The notes beneath the pieces were generated by a model, which saw only the letters and a program-made list of their open reading frames with translations, was not told the DNA's origin and ran no database searches. The translations under genes were made by a program, and so were the position numbers. DNA of 64,000 nt from Candidatus Hydrogenedentota bacterium (GTDB taxonomy: Bacteria > Hydrogenedentota > Hydrogenedentia > Hydrogenedentales > SLHB01). The stretch lies in contig BTVY01000018.1 in assembly GCA_045863335.1 (NCBI GenBank), positions 32,001-96,000 on the forward strand, in the 5' to 3' direction. Positions within the stretch are counted from its first letter, which is position 1, and each line of letters starts with the position of its first letter. Shown here in pieces: positions 1 to 9,846 of this stretch.

Positions 1-1
1 C

Positions 2-859
2 GTAACGTCGCTCGAGTTTGACCATGGCGACATCTATCGCGACGTGGAGGAGATAGAGGTCGCGTTTCAGCGCATGTTGCGCCAAATTCCCCAGTCGGGG
101 CTTCTGCTTCTGTGCGCGGATCACCCGCGCGCGTTGGCCCTTGGCGACCACGCGTATTGCCCGGTCGAATCCTATGGTTTCGATCGCAATGCCGACTGGC
201 GCGGCGAGTCGTCGCCCGGCGGCGATGGTCTCGTGAATTTGACCGTTTACCGTTCAGGGGCAACGTGGGGGCATTTTCGTGTGCCCCTCGCAGGGCGCCA
301 CAACCTGCAGAACGCGCTTGCGGCCATCGCCGTGGCGGCGCGGTTCGGCGCGAGCCCCTGCACTTTGGCCGACGCCCTACCCGGGTTCAAGGGCGTCCGA
401 CGGAGAATGGAGGTATTTCACGAGGCGCGAGGCATCACCTTTGTCGATGACTTCGCCCATCATCCGACGGCGATCCGCGAGACCATCGCCGCGGCCCGGA
501 TGCGCTGGCCAGACCGGCGTCTGCTGGTGCTGTTCGAGCCGCGTTCCAACACGACCGTGACGAACCGGTTTCAAGGCGAGATGCAAGACGCGTTCTCCAG
601 GGCCGACGCGATCTGGCTGGGCCCCATCCATCGGGCGGAATCCATCCCGGCCGATGTGCGGCTCGACCGGGATGCGCTCGCGGCGGCATTGACCGCATCG
701 GGGATCCACGCGCGGGCCGCAGCTTCAACTGCTGAGATTGTTGATGATGTTGCAGATAGGACAAAGCCTGGCGACGTGGTGTTGATTCTCAGCAATGGCG
801 CATTTGGCGGCATCTACAAGGCATTCCGCGAACGATACCAGCAAACGCCAGGGTGGTAG
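2..859 (+). CDS. mpl: Mur ligase, Mpl/MurC family (5'-truncated by window edge)
   Basis: Frame is open from base 2 (VTSLEFDHGDIY). Contains GRHNLQNALAA, FKGVRRR, DDFAHHPTAI, FEPRSNT and SNGAFGG, which are Mpl-type motifs. Confidence 0.8.
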   Translation, partial: VTSLEFDHGDIYRDVEEIEVAFQRMLRQIPQSGLLLLCADHPRALALGDHAYCPVESYGFDRNADWRGESSPGGDGLVNLTVYRSGATWGHFRVPLAGRHNLQNALAAIAVAARFGASPCTLADALPGFKGVRRRMEVFHEARGITFVDDFAHHPTAIRETIAAARMRWPDRRLLVLFEPRSNTTVTNRFQGEMQDAFSRADAIWLGPIHRAESIPADVRLDRDALAAALTASGIHARAAASTAEIVDDVADRTKPGDVVLILSNGAFGGIYKAFRERYQQTPGW

Positions 860-877
860 TGCGGGCGATTGAAGATT

Positions 878-886
878 TGCTATACT
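878..886 (+). promoter_or_regulatory. Extended -10 element (TGnTATACT)
   Basis: TGCTATACT about 95 bp upstream of the ATG at 982. Confidence 0.4.
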
Positions 887-981
887 CCGCGCCATGTGCA
901 CGTTGCGTTGTACACGGGTGTACCAGCGACGCCGCCGTGCCCCGGCCGTTCACGCCGGGTACAAGATAGGAGACTGTTGCG

Positions 982-1758
982 ATGCGTTTGATTCAGGTTT
1001 TTTCCGTTATCGGTTTAATGGCTTTGGCGGTCGCAGGCGTGGGATGTTCCCCGGGCGCCCCGGCGCCGTCCGATTCAGGCGAGGTGACGGTTCCTCCGCC
1101 TCCTCCGCCGATCCCGCCGACCCCGGCAGTCGATCCTGCGCCTCAACTACCGACACCGGCTCCAGCACCGGCTCAGTCCCCCACCACTCCGGCGCCGGCA
1201 CCTGCCATGACGCCTGTTAAGGAGAAGCCGGCGAATCTCATCGCAAACGCGAGCTTTGTAACCTGGGACGAAGGCCAACACGTTCCTCGTCATTGGACGA
1301 TGGGGTTCGGGTTCAACCTTGATGACATGCCTTTCGAGTTGGAACCCATCGAGGACCCCACCTACGACGACGGTCACGCGGTCCGACAAACCTGGCTCGC
1401 GAGCGACGAGGCATTGGCGTTCCAGCGTGTATTCGGCCAGACGATTGAAGGGCTCGAACCAAACACGGGCTACCGCCTGGACGTCGTTGCCCACAACGAA
1501 TCCAAGAACGTCATCATTATCTCCGCGTTCGAAATGGAGGACTACGAAACTGGGCGGGTCGGATCTGGAACGGCGGCGGAGCGGCTCAACCTCGAGGCCG
1601 CCGTAATCACGCCGAGCACAGGACTGGTTACCTACACGGGTTCATTTATTACGAACGAGTCGGGAACCGTGAAGCTTGGGGCGCGTGTGCGGGGTGAGGA
1701 TCCCGAGTTGCCATGCTCCGTCATTTGGGACAGTTGGACGCTTCGGGCTGTAGATTAG
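982..1758 (+). CDS. Lipoprotein with Pro-rich linker and carbohydrate-binding-like beta-sandwich domain
   Basis: RBS AGGAG. Lipobox-like AGVGC, poly-Pro linker, then a domain starting NLIANASF (CBM4/9-like). Confidence 0.6.
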   Translation: MRLIQVFSVIGLMALAVAGVGCSPGAPAPSDSGEVTVPPPPPPIPPTPAVDPAPQLPTPAPAPAQSPTTPAPAPAMTPVKEKPANLIANASFVTWDEGQHVPRHWTMGFGFNLDDMPFELEPIEDPTYDDGHAVRQTWLASDEALAFQRVFGQTIEGLEPNTGYRLDVVAHNESKNVIIISAFEMEDYETGRVGSGTAAERLNLEAAVITPSTGLVTYTGSFITNESGTVKLGARVRGEDPELPCSVIWDSWTLRAVD

Positions 1759-1783
1759 GCACGGAGATCAGAAAAGCCGAAAT

Positions 1784-1820
1784 CCGCATGGCGCTTCACA
1801 GCGTCATGCGGGTTTTTCTT
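1784..1820 (+). terminator. Rho-independent terminator
   Basis: Stem CCGCATGGCGCT/AGCGTCATGCGG with 4-nt loop, followed by GTTTTTCTT, just after the stop at 1758. Confidence 0.75.
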
Positions 1821-2029
1821 TGTGTGCTTCGAGTCAGGGGAACTGATGGCGAGATATGGTTCCCGTGGGCAAGCGCCGTTCTTAACGATCCATGGGGGAA
1901 CACCTTAGGCCAGATGTCCGCCTTTTGTCTAACTTCCGTCGAAGCGCCTTGATTTCTGAGCGGAAGTTGCGCTAGCGTGGAAGTGCCTTCTGTTACCATT
2001 GCCCAGTAACCAGTGCCGGTGAACTCCAT

Positions 2030-2446
2030 TTGGGAATGCTTATCATGCTCGGAGAAGAATACGCCATTCTCAATTTCGACCGCGTGTTGAATTATGCCGT
2101 ACGCGTGTCGGACCGCTATCAACGCAGGCTTTCCTTGGTGATGCTCGGCGGAGACGATCAGGGTTCCGATCTGACCTGTCTGTTGACGCCTCATCTCCGC
2201 CGGAGCGACGAACTCCTCGAATTCCGGGATTGCGCGGCTGTGTTGATGAGCGAAACGGGTGGAGACGGAGCGATGCGGGCCGTGCAGCGCTTCAAGGCGC
2301 GCTGCTCGGATCGGCCGGACGTTCGTTACGCGATAGCGACGTTTCCTGAAGACGGGGAGGCGGCAAGCAAGCTGTTTATCAGCGCGCGGCGCCGGTTGGA
2401 TGCTGCTCGCGATCAGGGTCCGGGCGCGGTCGTCGCCACGGGTTGA
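2030..2446 (+). CDS. Stand-alone degenerate GGDEF-like (nucleotide cyclase fold) protein
   Basis: RY..RLSLVML, LRRSD, AVLMSET..GA and IATFPEDG follow the GGDEF fold pattern, but the GGDEF motif itself is absent. Start uncertain. Confidence 0.55.
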   Translation: MGMLIMLGEEYAILNFDRVLNYAVRVSDRYQRRLSLVMLGGDDQGSDLTCLLTPHLRRSDELLEFRDCAAVLMSETGGDGAMRAVQRFKARCSDRPDVRYAIATFPEDGEAASKLFISARRRLDAARDQGPGAVVATG

Positions 2447-2451
2447 TCGCG

Positions 2452-2479
2452 AAAGGGGCCGCCCCGGTGGAGCGGCCCC
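2452..2479. terminator. Hairpin terminator between convergent genes
   Basis: GGGGCCGC...GCGGCCCC stem preceded by AAA (U-tract on the minus strand). Confidence 0.55.
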
Positions 2480-2512
2480 CAGTGCGAAATGGCGCTTGAC
2501 GAGACCGGCTGC

Positions 2513-2935
2513 CTAAGCCTCGCTCGTACCCACAATCCGCCAGACGCCGTCTTCCTTCTTGAGCGCCAGCTTGAGATACATGGAGCCCGCGCTGCTAGAC
2601 AGTGTCACCGGCCCGACGGTCGCGTCTTCACTGTTGATAGTGACCTGCGCCGATTCCATGTCCACCATGAGGCTATCCAGATACCCCATGCTGACAGCCT
2701 CCTTGATGAAGGCGTGCATCTCTGCCTTGCCGCGGCCTTCGCCGTCGCGGAAATCTTCCGAGTAAACCGTGATGACTTTGTCCGCGTCCTTGGCGACCAA
2801 TCCGGATTGCCACTCGTTCATGGTGTTCATGATGAGGTCGCGGTCACTCGGACCTTTCGCCCCCATCGCGCACCCGGCTCCAACGAGTACGACCAAGACC
2901 ATACACAAGCCCGAAAGCATTATCTTTGTATTCAC
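2513..2935 (-). CDS. Lipoprotein with NTF2/SnoaL-like domain
   Basis: GTG start after a purine-rich RBS. Lipobox GAGC. YSEDF and LKKEDGVWRIV are NTF2-like. Confidence 0.65.
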   Translation of the reverse strand: MNTKIMLSGLCMVLVVLVGAGCAMGAKGPSDRDLIMNTMNEWQSGLVAKDADKVITVYSEDFRDGEGRGKAEMHAFIKEAVSMGYLDSLMVDMESAQVTINSEDATVGPVTLSSSAGSMYLKLALKKEDGVWRIVGTSEA

Positions 2936-3121
2936 AGAAAACCCCCTTTCCCTTATCAAACACACGGCCGGCGGGGACGGTCCGTCCGCCCCCCGGAGCG
3001 ATAATAGATTCTCGGAGGATACCCGTTCAACCACCAGTACGAATTCGCACCGGGCCGCGTGGTATACTCGGGATTCACCCAAAGACCTGCAATCGCAACA
3101 ATACCTGAGGAATGCTGAAAC

Positions 3122-5239
3122 ATGCGTGATAGGTTGCATCTAGTGAGTGTGGAATTGCTTTGTGTCGCGGCGCTGATCGCAACGCTCGCCGCTGCCGGAT
3201 GTGGCACCGAACAACCGGATGCGGGGCCGCCGCCGGCCACAGAAGACACTGCACGTCCCGCTGACGCGCCCGATTCATCCTCCACGCCGAATGGAGAATC
3301 CGCTGACGCGCGTGGCGGCGCTCCAACGCGCTCAAACGCGACCATCGACCCCAAGGGCCGTGTCATTATCCTCGGATTCGATGGTGTAGAACCCAGTATC
3401 GTCGAATCCATGATGGCCTCCGGCGAACTTCCAAACCTGGCCAAGGTTAGGGAGGGCGGCACGTTCAAACCATTAAGCACCGCGAACCCTCCTCAGTCGC
3501 CGACGGCATGGTCGTCGTTCACCACCTGCAAATCGCCGGGAAACCACGGGGTTTACGATTTCCTGCGGCGCACGGCTTCCAACTACCTGCCGGGTGTGGG
3601 TTTTGGTAGTGCGCAACACGCGACTCTGAGCGCAGACGGTTCGCTGCAGCAGCCGGCGACGTTCGAGAGCATTCGGAAAGGCGACTCGTTCTGGCTGGCC
3701 GCAGACCGCCAAGGCGCGCGCTGCAAACTACTGGTCGTACCGTTTGCGTTTCCGGCCGAGGACCTGAGCCAGGGCTGCATGCTCTGCGGTCTGGGCGTAC
3801 CCGACTTGCGCGGGACAACGAGCACGTTTTATTCCTTTTCCGACGAGTACACCAAGGAGGAGAGTGTCTCCGGCGGTATCCAGTTTCCGCTCGATTTTGA
3901 TGGCGACAGTGCGAAGGTGACCGTTCCTGGAGCGCGGAATCCGCTCGTACGCCGTTCGTCCGAGCCGGGCGCGTATACGGAGGCGGAGTTGACGTTCACC
4001 GTGGATCGCGATGCGCGGTCCGTCGAGATTGCCCTCCCTTCCGAAACGGTGACAGTAAAAGAAGGCGAATGGACGAAGTGGGTCGAGTGGACGTTTGAGG
4101 TTACCCCGAAGTTTACCGTAAAGGCCATTAGCCGGTTCTACGTCTTGCAGGCGGGCGAACACGTGAAGGTCTACATGGCGTGCCTTCAGTTCGATCCGCG
4201 AAATCCTTATATGCGCATGAGTACGCCTCCTAGCTACTCCGGCGAAATCGCGGATCGGTTCGGCCTCTACAAGACCATCGGCTGGATCTATGACACCCAC
4301 GCGCTGCGGCAGGATGCGTTGATGGAAGATACGTTCCTGGAGGACGCAGAGCAGACTATGGCCTTCCGCGAGAAGGTCGCGCTGGACGAACTGGACCGCG
4401 GCGAGTTCGACATGCTGGTCGCAGCATGGACCGCCACGGATCGCGTCGCCCACCTGTTCTGGCGATTCCGCGATCCGAAGCATCCGCTGTATACCGAAGA
4501 AGGGGCCAGGAAATACGGGCGCGCGGTCGAAGACACCTACGTTCGTATGGATCAGATCGTCGGCAAAGTTATGGAGCGGATGCAGGATGACGACCTGTTG
4601 ATGATTATGTCCGACCACGGGTTCCACAGTTTTCGAACGGGTTTCAACGTGAATACCTGGCTCATTCGCAATGGATATCTTGCGGTCAAGGGTCAGACCG
4701 ACGCCGCCACCGCGGTGAATAATGAAGCCTATCTGCAGGGCTACGATTGGGCGAATTCCAAAGCCTACAGCCTGGGACTGGGCAGCATCTTTCTCAACCT
4801 GAAAGGCCGCGAGGGACAGGGCACGGTCGATCCCGCCGAGGCGGACGCCCTAATCGAGGAGATTCGGCAGAAACTCCTCGCGGTGACCAATCCCGATACG
4901 GGAGACAAGGTCTTCAGCGCCATCTATACGCGCGCGGAGTACGAGGGCGTTGCTTCGGAGGACGCACCGGACATTCAGTTGGGGTATGCGGAGGGTTTCC
5001 AGTCCACTAAGGACACCGTCAAAGGCTCCGCGCCGGCCGGGCTGTTTGAGCCGAATACGGACAAGTGGAGCGGCGAACACGCGAGTTCGGACGTGGCGTT
5101 AACGCCGGGCATTTTCTTCTCGAACCGAAGCATCGGGGACGCGGAGCCGCATATCGTGGACCTTGGCGTCACGGCGCTCCACTATCTTGGCGCGGAGGTG
5201 CCGAGCGACTTCGAAGGGAAGAATCTGCTCGCGGAGTAA
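3122..5239 (+). CDS. Alkaline phosphatase superfamily (nucleotide pyrophosphatase/phosphodiesterase-like) lipoprotein
   Basis: Lipobox AAGC. ILGFDG, PPQSPTAWSSF, PGNHGVYDF, MSDHGF and WSGEH motifs. Confidence 0.85.
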   Translation: MRDRLHLVSVELLCVAALIATLAAAGCGTEQPDAGPPPATEDTARPADAPDSSSTPNGESADARGGAPTRSNATIDPKGRVIILGFDGVEPSIVESMMASGELPNLAKVREGGTFKPLSTANPPQSPTAWSSFTTCKSPGNHGVYDFLRRTASNYLPGVGFGSAQHATLSADGSLQQPATFESIRKGDSFWLAADRQGARCKLLVVPFAFPAEDLSQGCMLCGLGVPDLRGTTSTFYSFSDEYTKEESVSGGIQFPLDFDGDSAKVTVPGARNPLVRRSSEPGAYTEAELTFTVDRDARSVEIALPSETVTVKEGEWTKWVEWTFEVTPKFTVKAISRFYVLQAGEHVKVYMACLQFDPRNPYMRMSTPPSYSGEIADRFGLYKTIGWIYDTHALRQDALMEDTFLEDAEQTMAFREKVALDELDRGEFDMLVAAWTATDRVAHLFWRFRDPKHPLYTEEGARKYGRAVEDTYVRMDQIVGKVMERMQDDDLLMIMSDHGFHSFRTGFNVNTWLIRNGYLAVKGQTDAATAVNNEAYLQGYDWANSKAYSLGLGSIFLNLKGREGQGTVDPAEADALIEEIRQKLLAVTNPDTGDKVFSAIYTRAEYEGVASEDAPDIQLGYAEGFQSTKDTVKGSAPAGLFEPNTDKWSGEHASSDVALTPGIFFSNRSIGDAEPHIVDLGVTALHYLGAEVPSDFEGKNLLAE

Positions 5240-5248
5240 GGCGCTGCA

Positions 5249-5701
5249 TCAACTGCCGTCGAAGGACCGCAAGCGCTCTTTGAGTAGTTGCGTGCGTTCG
5301 TGCAATGCCGCGATCAGTTTGTAGCGCTGCTCGTTGCCGGACTCCTGCGCTTCGGCCGCTGCGGTTTCCAGCGAACCCAGGATCGTGTCCAATTGTTCGT
5401 TCATCATCTCGGCCAGTTGCCGCTTGGTAGGAACGCGTGTCTCCAACATTACCGATGTTCCCATGGAGATTCCGGCTTCTTCGAGCGCCTTTGCGCCCTC
5501 GGAATCGGCGGCCAATCCGATCGGGTCCAGCACGGTGAACAACTCGTGCTTTCGCAGGAAGGCGACGAGATCCCGCTCCGATACCTCCGCAAATTCGGCA
5601 TCGCGGTGAAGGTAGCGAAGCAGTTGCGACACGGGAATCACCGGCCGCGATACCTGCATCAAGTATGCGAGGCATTTCTGTTCGATGGCTTCAAGATTCA
5701 T
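5249..5701 (-). CDS. Hypothetical protein (helical C-terminus)
   Basis: 150-aa ORF starting 7 bp after the GH38 stop, with natural protein composition. Confidence 0.7.
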   Translation of the reverse strand: MNLEAIEQKCLAYLMQVSRPVIPVSQLLRYLHRDAEFAEVSERDLVAFLRKHELFTVLDPIGLAADSEGAKALEEAGISMGTSVMLETRVPTKRQLAEMMNEQLDTILGSLETAAAEAQESGNEQRYKLIAALHERTQLLKERLRSFDGS

Positions 5702-5707
5702 GGCGCT

Positions 5708-8149
5708 TCATTTAACCGGCTCTTCCAGCAGATTCGTTTCCATCACTTTGCCGGACGTTCGTGCGACGCGCAGGGTTTTGATCTCGTGCGCGCCGAAGTT
5801 GATGCCGACAGGTTTCTTCAGTCCCGGCACGGCGATTGACGCATTGGTCTTCTTGCCGGAGGTCTCGTATCCGCGAACAACGACAGAATCGTCGTCTTCG
5901 CTCTTTTTCAATACATTTAACACCACGTTGTCCGCGTCCGCCGACAATCCCGAGAACGATGCGGGCATCGTGCCGGGATGCGCGGATTCGACGTGCACGA
6001 CACACGGCTCGTTCAATGCCCAGGCCTTCTGCACGACCCCGGCCTTTTGCCAGCTACCCGCGTGCGGAACAAGGCGAACGCGGATTGTGTGCCAGCCCTG
6101 ATCCATGATCGCGAAGGGCTGAGAGGCATCGTACCGCGCGGGATCGTGGTGGGCGTAGGCCGCGCTGCGGAGAAGGGTTACGCGCATGGCGCCGTTTAGC
6201 ACATCGAAGCCGTACTTGGAATCGTTGAGCACGGCGAGACCGTACTTCTCACCGCCGATCTCACCGGTCACGTCGAACCACATCTGCCCCGGATTCTCGC
6301 GGCCCTTCGTGTCGCGAACCTGATAACCGTAGGCCGTGTCGTAGGTTGCAGTGCCGTTCACGATACCCGTCTCATACGCGAGCTTGAGCATCGTGTAGCG
6401 TTCCTGCCAGTTGATGCGGAACGTGCAGTCGATGGTGTCCGACTCGCGATAGATCGTGACGAACTGATCGGCAAGGGAATCCCGGAATCGCGATTGGACG
6501 CGTACCGTCGCGCGCACGTCGCCGCATTCCAGCAGCTCCAACTTCGCGTTGCCGAAGCGGCCCGCTTCGGTCCGGTACTCGTCGTAACCGTGTCCCCAGG
6601 TATCCGAAGAATCGACGAGCGCGGCGAGCACGTTGCCCTTGCTCAACACTTCGACTTCGCGCTTGCGGTCGTACAAGCGGCAGAGGTGGCCGTCGTAGGG
6701 GTCGAATTCCAGCCGCCACCATTTGTTCTCGATATAATCGTGGCTGGCTTTGAGTTTCCGGTCTACCTTTACCTTCTTCACGCCGCTTCGCACGTGATAG
6801 CACCGGTAGCCCAGCGCGGGCACTTCGGCTTTGAACGCATAGGCTTCGCTGCCGACCCGTTCGTCCGCCACGACCTGCATGGGAATGGGGTTCCCTTCTC
6901 CGTCCACGATGTGTAACGGCTTGGTCAGCGTGCGCGCGACGATGGGCGGCGCGGTGACCACTTCGGTTACCGGATGCGGCAGCGGGTTGAAGACGACGAC
7001 GGTATTGCCTTCCGCCGACGTGTCGATGTGCCGCGTCAGGACCTGCAACGATTCGTTTGTGATGAACTTGGCCGCGTGTTTGGCGCTGCCCATCTGATCC
7101 CGGCTGTCTTCGTACGACGATTCGATGCTGGTGCCCGCGAGGATGTCGTGGAACTGGTTATACAGGAGATCCTTCCACGCCTTTTCCAACGCCGCCTGGG
7201 GATATGGGTGGTCGAACATAACCCAGGTCAACGTCGCAAGCCGCTCGGCAGTCATGAGGGCGTGTTCAGTTTGCCGGTTCAGCCGCTTGACCTCGGCGTG
7301 GGTCGTATAGCATCCCTGCGCGTGGTGTTGCAGGTCGGTCGATATGACCGGTATATCTTTGTCCTTGGTTGCCGCTGCAAACCCATCGAAATACTCGCGC
7401 AAGGTGGAGAAGATAGCATTCGGGGCTTTCTTGTCCTTCGCCGTTTCGAGGATCTGTTGAATCGCGATCTTGGTCGGCCCGCCGCCATGATTGCCGACAC
7501 CGTAGAAGCCCAGAACATGGGTTTGTCCGGGGTTCAAATGGGGATGCCCTGCAAGGATTTCGATTCGATCCCGCGTATTGGTGTCCGCGCTGTAATCGTC
7601 CTGCAAATTGCACGCGAGCACGCGCGACCCATCCTGGGATTCCCAGTAGAAGGTCGTACCGTCGGGGTAGGCCATTTCCTTGATGGGCATGGGTCGCATG
7701 TAGGCGTAGGTATCGATCCCCATTTTCCGGTAGATCTGCGGAAAGGTGCCGGCATGGCCGAAGCTGTCGGGATTGAAACCGACTGTCGCGCGGATGCCAA
7801 ACTCGCGTTGGAAGAAGCGTTGTCCGTACAAACCTTGCCGCACGAATGACTCGCCGCAGGGGATATTGCAGTCCGGCTCAATCCACCAGCCACCCACGAT
7901 CTCCCAACGGCCCTCGGCAACGCGCTTCCGTATGGCTTCGAACATCTCGGAATCGCAGGATTTCACCCAATTGTAGAAACACGCGCTGCTGGCCGTGAAC
8001 TTAAACTCCGGCGTTTCGTCCATACGATCGAGGGCGCTGCGAAAGGTCGCGCGGACTTCTTCGTAGCCTTCGGTCCACCGCCACAACCAGGTGGGATCGA
8101 TATGGCCATGTCCGACCATGTGGACGGTGATGTGTTTAGAGTCGCTCAA
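5708..8149 (-). CDS. Glycoside hydrolase family 38 alpha-mannosidase
   Basis: GHGHIDPTWLW, GGWWIEPDCNIP, PDSFGH (nucleophile), GVGNHGGGP and QFHDILAG. TTG start with AGGAG RBS. No signal peptide. Confidence 0.92.
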   Translation of the reverse strand: MSDSKHITVHMVGHGHIDPTWLWRWTEGYEEVRATFRSALDRMDETPEFKFTASSACFYNWVKSCDSEMFEAIRKRVAEGRWEIVGGWWIEPDCNIPCGESFVRQGLYGQRFFQREFGIRATVGFNPDSFGHAGTFPQIYRKMGIDTYAYMRPMPIKEMAYPDGTTFYWESQDGSRVLACNLQDDYSADTNTRDRIEILAGHPHLNPGQTHVLGFYGVGNHGGGPTKIAIQQILETAKDKKAPNAIFSTLREYFDGFAAATKDKDIPVISTDLQHHAQGCYTTHAEVKRLNRQTEHALMTAERLATLTWVMFDHPYPQAALEKAWKDLLYNQFHDILAGTSIESSYEDSRDQMGSAKHAAKFITNESLQVLTRHIDTSAEGNTVVVFNPLPHPVTEVVTAPPIVARTLTKPLHIVDGEGNPIPMQVVADERVGSEAYAFKAEVPALGYRCYHVRSGVKKVKVDRKLKASHDYIENKWWRLEFDPYDGHLCRLYDRKREVEVLSKGNVLAALVDSSDTWGHGYDEYRTEAGRFGNAKLELLECGDVRATVRVQSRFRDSLADQFVTIYRESDTIDCTFRINWQERYTMLKLAYETGIVNGTATYDTAYGYQVRDTKGRENPGQMWFDVTGEIGGEKYGLAVLNDSKYGFDVLNGAMRVTLLRSAAYAHHDPARYDASQPFAIMDQGWHTIRVRLVPHAGSWQKAGVVQKAWALNEPCVVHVESAHPGTMPASFSGLSADADNVVLNVLKKSEDDDSVVVRGYETSGKKTNASIAVPGLKKPVGINFGAHEIKTLRVARTSGKVMETNLLEEPVK

Positions 8150-8191
8150 TGAAAGCTCCTTGTTTGCATATTCCGGCCCGCGAGGCCCGCG

Positions 8192-8932
8192 TCAGATTCC
8201 CTTTTCGAGAAACTTCTTGCGTTGTTCCTCGATGAACTCGAGGCCGCTCACGTGAACGCTTCGGAAGATAGAAGGGTTGATTCCCCTGTCCTGCAACTGC
8301 TCGACCGCTTCGGCGTGGATCGCCCAGTATACATAGGTCGCCGCGAGCCCGCTCATGGGGCACATGGGCTCGTTGTCACGCACGGGCACGGCCGCGTCGC
8401 CGAAGGGTCCGCAGGTGTCGATGCAGATGTCGGCGACGTCGAACAATTTCTTACCGCTCGGATGCGCCGCTTCGCAGCGGTCCATCTGCTCGCCAGATGA
8501 GATACCGATGGTCGTAATACCGCGTCCCTTGCATTGGAGCGCCACTTCGATGACGTTCGGCGTCCGGCCCGAATTGGAGTTGATGATTAACACGTCGCCA
8601 TGCCGCATCTTACTCTGGTCCAGCGCCACGCTGGCCAACTGCCGTTCCAATTCCGCCTGCTCTTCGCTAGAGCGCTCCACTTTGCGCTGGTCGACGGGAT
8701 TGTCCAGCTTCAGCTCGTACGAAAACGGGGCAACCGCCATCATGCCGCCCGCGCGGAAGAAGGCTTCATAGCGCAGCATATGACCGGTATCCATGATCAG
8801 CAAGGCGCCCTGGTTGGCCAGGCTTTGCGCGACCGCCCCGGCGGCATCCTTGATCGCCCGCAACTGCGTTTCGCGGATCCGTCGAAACGACTTCTCGACT
8901 TGCTCGAAATACATATCCAGGTACACGGTCAC
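8192..8932 (-). CDS. SIS-domain sugar isomerase-like protein
   Basis: TGH, RAGG, DVLIINSNSGRTP, HPSGKKLFDVADICID and GDA motifs. GTG start overlaps the upstream TGA. Confidence 0.8.
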   Translation of the reverse strand: MTVYLDMYFEQVEKSFRRIRETQLRAIKDAAGAVAQSLANQGALLIMDTGHMLRYEAFFRAGGMMAVAPFSYELKLDNPVDQRKVERSSEEQAELERQLASVALDQSKMRHGDVLIINSNSGRTPNVIEVALQCKGRGITTIGISSGEQMDRCEAAHPSGKKLFDVADICIDTCGPFGDAAVPVRDNEPMCPMSGLAATYVYWAIHAEAVEQLQDRGINPSIFRSVHVSGLEFIEEQRKKFLEKGI

Positions 8933-9846
8933 ATTCCCTTTCTGTAGTCTCGCGACAAGATGCGAATAATCCCCGAGGCCGGTTCGGCTGCTTCGGGATA
9001 CATCGTGAACGCCAACGGGCTCGTCCGCAGCGTACGCTTCAGCGGGTTCAACACCAGCGCTCCCGCGCGAAACACGCCGCCGGTCAACACGAGCGGCACC
9101 GGCCCTTTCTTCACGCGCGCCTTGCGCGTGGTCGTCAGTACCAAATCTCCCAGAGCACGCCCAGCGTGTCGCAGCACCGTTCGCGCAATCGCATCGCCGT
9201 CGCGCGCGCACGCGATCACTTCGGGAACGCAGGCCGCCACGCGTGGACCGGGGACGTGCCCGCTGCGATCGCACAGACGCAAGACGTGCCACATGCGCTC
9301 TAATTCGTAGAACGCCCGCAATCGTTCAAGCAGAACCGTCGGAGGTCCTTGGGACGTCTCGGCGCGCATGGCCGCCGCGATGGCTTCTTTCCCAATCCAG
9401 TAGCCGCTGCCCTCATCGCCGAATTGCGGTCCGAGTCCGCCGCAGATCACCGTGACGCCGTCCCGCGTGAGGAACCGGCAACTGGAGCCCGTTCCCGCGA
9501 CGAGAGAGATTCCCCAGCTCAGGTCGTACAGCGCGAGCGCGATGTCGGCTTCGCTGAGCCACGCGAGCTGGACATCGCCGAAGGCCTCGCGAATCAGCGA
9601 CTCCACCAGGGCCTGATCCATTGGCGCGGCCAGACCCGCACATACGACCGTTCCGCCCGACTTGTCCGCCGTTCGTCGAAGCCGCTTCAGCAAACTTCGA
9701 ATAGTGGTTGCGTACTTCTTGGGATCGATATACAACGCGCTCGACGAACCGCCGGTCTCGGTCTGGAGGATCGTGCCGCCCGTCTCGGCCAGGATGATGC
9801 GGGTCTTGGTGCCGCCGCCTTCGAAGGCGAGAAGAAGCTCTTTCAT
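8929..9846 (-). CDS. BadF/BadG/BcrA/BcrD-type sugar kinase (N-acetylglucosamine kinase-like)
   Basis: EGGGTKT, VAGTGS, GDEGSGYWIG and LTGGVF motifs. Confidence 0.85.
   Translation of the reverse strand: MKELLLAFEGGGTKTRIILAETGGTILQTETGGSSSALYIDPKKYATTIRSLLKRLRRTADKSGGTVVCAGLAAPMDQALVESLIREAFGDVQLAWLSEADIALALYDLSWGISLVAGTGSSCRFLTRDGVTVICGGLGPQFGDEGSGYWIGKEAIAAAMRAETSQGPPTVLLERLRAFYELERMWHVLRLCDRSGHVPGPRVAACVPEVIACARDGDAIARTVLRHAGRALGDLVLTTTRKARVKKGPVPLVLTGGVFRAGALVLNPLKRTLRTSPLAFTMYPEAAEPASGIIRILSRDYRKGM

Noticed and set aside
1087-1215. Repetitive CCG-rich tract
   Set aside because: Explained by the Pro/Ala-rich linker of the lipoprotein.
1820-2030. Possible c-di-GMP riboswitch upstream of the GGDEF-like gene
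   Set aside because: No GEMM-type consensus recognised. An Rfam scan would be needed to exclude it fully.
8933-9292. N-terminal extension of the SIS ORF (similar extensions at 16793, 23132, 41074, 52198, 54346, 55753 and 60419)
   Set aside because: They overlap neighbouring genes, promoters or repeats. Downstream starts have an RBS, coupling or promoter support.
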